32,000 nt of DNA, taken from the NCBI GenBank assembly GCA_016871995.1, contig VHBL01000003.1, positions 1 to 32,000 of the forward strand. The letters are read 5' to 3'. Shown here piece by piece: positions 30,681 to 32,000 of the stretch. Below the pieces are notes generated by a model that saw only the letters and a list, made by a program, of their open reading frames with translations, was not told the origin of the DNA and made no database searches. Position numbers and translations under genes: made by a program. How positions within the stretch are numbered: position 1 is the stretch's first letter; each line of letters begins with the position of its first letter. This stretch comes from Nitrososphaerota archaeon. GTDB taxonomy: Archaea > Thermoproteota > Nitrososphaeria > Nitrososphaerales > UBA57.

Positions 30681-31130
30681 ATGCCCCTGCAGGACAACTA
30701 TTCTCGGATGTACCATCTGATAGTTTCCGCGCACGGAGATGGTCTGTCGCAAAGAACCCTGCTGGACATGATGAAACTCAGGAGCAACCAAGTTTCCAAA
30801 ATAGCCCTTAAACTAGAAAGGAGCGGCCTAGTGAAGAGGGAGAAGGCCCTTGAAGATGGGAGATGGACATACATTCTGAAAGCGGTCGATGCGATTAGCC
30901 TCGGGCCCTACGAATCTATGCCATGTATAACCTGCCCCTACGAAGATAAATGTAGGCCTGACGGTATAATATCTCCGCAGATCTGCGCCCTTGAAACCTA
31001 TCAAAGAGGAATAGCACAGTGGGTGCTTGAAGAATTTGAGGGGGAGAAGAAGATCAGAACCATGCAAAAGGCTGTTGTAGAAGTAGCTCAGAAAGATGCA
31101 AAGAAAAACATTAAAATTTCAAATCGATAG
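30681..31130 (+). CDS. TFE-beta / RPC34-like transcription factor subunit (winged helix plus 4-Cys Fe-S-type domain)
   Basis: wHTH GLSQRTLLDMMKLRSNQVSKIALKLERSGLVKRE...RWTYILK, followed by PCITCPYEDKCRPDGIISPQIC...W. This is the C-x2-C-P-x4-C-x3-G-x-I-x-P-x2-C pattern of the RPC34/TFE-beta family known in Cren- and Thaumarchaeota. Confidence 0.75.
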   Translation: MPLQDNYSRMYHLIVSAHGDGLSQRTLLDMMKLRSNQVSKIALKLERSGLVKREKALEDGRWTYILKAVDAISLGPYESMPCITCPYEDKCRPDGIISPQICALETYQRGIAQWVLEEFEGEKKIRTMQKAVVEVAQKDAKKNIKISNR

Positions 31131-31173
31131 CAAAAAGGTGCAGTTTTTATCTAACTTATTGCATATTATATCC

Positions 31174-31302
31174 ATGGCTCAAGAATCTATCTCCCGATGC
31201 AAAGACTGCGGGGAGGAGATAATCTGGATACGTACAGAACTGGGCAGGTTTGTACCATTTAACCTGTCTGGAACAATACACATCTGCCCAGCAAAGAAAT
31301 GA
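31174..31302 (+). CDS. Possible 42-aa zinc-finger miniprotein
   Basis: From the internal Met of the track ORF: MAQESISRCKDCGEEIIWIRTELGRFVPFNLSGTIHICPAKK (C-x2-C ... H-x-C). The upstream part of track ORF 31096 overlaps the preceding gene. Confidence 0.4.
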   Translation: MAQESISRCKDCGEEIIWIRTELGRFVPFNLSGTIHICPAKK

Positions 31303-31418
31303 TTCGACGATTGCCGAAGGTATAAGGGCACAGAGCTAACCTTTAATCCCAGGAATTATACTACATGTCATGAGTACAGTGAGAAAATACTCTGCTGTAT
31401 CAAAAAGGAGGCAAACCT

Positions 31419-31649
31419 GTGCCTAAAGCTTTCGTTCTAGTTACGTCTGAGCTAGGAAAAGAAGGTGAGGTACTGGAAAGCTTGAAGAAGATTCAGGGGA
31501 TAAAGGAAGCGCACAACCTTTACGGGGTATACGATGTGATAGCACAAATAGAATGCGCTAACGAAGCCGATCTCCGGAATATCGTTACTAACAGGATACG
31601 GAACGTTGGCAACGTAAGAACAACAATGACCTTGATGGTTGCAGAGTAA
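31419..31649 (+). CDS. Stand-alone Lrp/AsnC-type ligand-binding (RAM) domain protein, GTG start
   Basis: AFVLVTSELGKEGEVLESLKKIQGIKEAHNLYGVYDVIAQIE...RTTMTLMV has the beta-alpha-beta-beta-alpha-beta RAM pattern, 76 aa. Confidence 0.8.
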   Translation: MPKAFVLVTSELGKEGEVLESLKKIQGIKEAHNLYGVYDVIAQIECANEADLRNIVTNRIRNVGNVRTTMTLMVAE

Positions 31650-31699
31650 TTTTTGGGCCTTACTGCAACGTTTTTCATTTAACGTTTCTAACACAATGC

Positions 31700-32000
31700 G
31701 TGCGACATAGAAGCCTCGGACAGCATTTCATTGATGATGAAGAAATCCTGAAGAGAATGGTTGCACTAGCACAGATACAGCATAGTGACAGAGTTCTTGA
31801 AATAGGCGCTGGCAAAGGTTCACTTACAAAAGAGCTCTGCAGAACTGGGGCAAAGGTAACATCTTATGAGATAGATAGGAGGTTGTTTCCAGAACTGGAA
31901 TCTAAATTCGTCAATATTAGCAATGTACGATTGATAAATGGTGACGCTTTCAAAAGGGATATCATCTTTGATGTTTTAGTAGCAAACCTGCCATACTCTA
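31700..32000 (+). CDS. ksgA: 16S rRNA (adenine-N6,N6)-dimethyltransferase KsgA/Dim1, 5' part; continues past the right edge
   Basis: My translation from GTG 31700: VRHRSLGQHFIDDEEILKRMV...RVLEIGAGKGSLTKEL...EIDRRL...NGDAF...VANLPYS. This covers the LGQHFL, SAM-binding E.G.G.G.LT and NLPY motifs. It has no stop inside the window, so it is absent from the ORF track. Confidence 0.9.
   Translation, partial: MRHRSLGQHFIDDEEILKRMVALAQIQHSDRVLEIGAGKGSLTKELCRTGAKVTSYEIDRRLFPELESKFVNISNVRLINGDAFKRDIIFDVLVANLPYS

Noticed and set aside
1-32000. CRISPR arrays, rRNA genes, transposase/IS elements and toxin-antitoxin or known defence genes
   Set aside because: Reading both strands and the ORF track, I found no regularly spaced repeats, no rRNA-like conserved stretches, no DDE or HUH transposase motifs and no recognisable defence-system proteins.

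Overview
This looks like an archaeal chromosomal segment. The gene content suggests a TACK/thaumarchaeote-like host: an S24e-S27ae pair, RadA, short-type PurA, a TFE-beta/RPC34-like factor and KsgA. Hand counts of sample 60-nt lines give about 42-52 % GC. Most of the window is tightly packed housekeeping genes: DEAD-box helicase, r-proteins, purA, radA, myo-inositol-phosphate synthase, an IMPase-family gene, pyrF, an MFS transporter and ksgA. Three regions stand out.

1. A seven-gene, translationally coupled MoxR-DUF58-DUF4129 envelope operon (3613-10362). It ends in a C-terminally anchored surface protein.

2. A convergent four-gene operon (13793-10355, minus strand). It encodes a Nudix hydrolase, an archaeosortase/exosortase-family protein whose expected catalytic Cys position reads Ser, a processive CslA/cellulose-synthase-like GT2 and a bitopic membrane protein. 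Two nearby large exported proteins share a VGA[GS]-TM-RRA C-terminal signal.

3. A roughly 6.5-kb GC-rich block (sample lines 62-68 % GC) inserted into the ~49-bp divergent promoter between the inositol-phosphate synthase and IMPase genes. It is bounded by perfect 17-bp direct repeats and has a 7-1-7 palindrome at the left junction. No integrase is visible.

The most interesting cargo of that block is a TrmB-family regulator followed directly by a stand-alone CarH-like cobalamin-binding module carrying Wx9EH and ExHxxG-SxL-GG motifs. This may be a split, B12-dependent light-sensing regulatory pair. The island also holds decayed genes (in-frame stop, homopolymer frameshift, truncated remnant).

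A small acidic-tailed protein resembling eukaryotic ribosomal protein eL22 lies near the right end. I found no tRNA, rRNA or CRISPR array. All functional calls rest on motifs read by eye from the translations. No database search was run.
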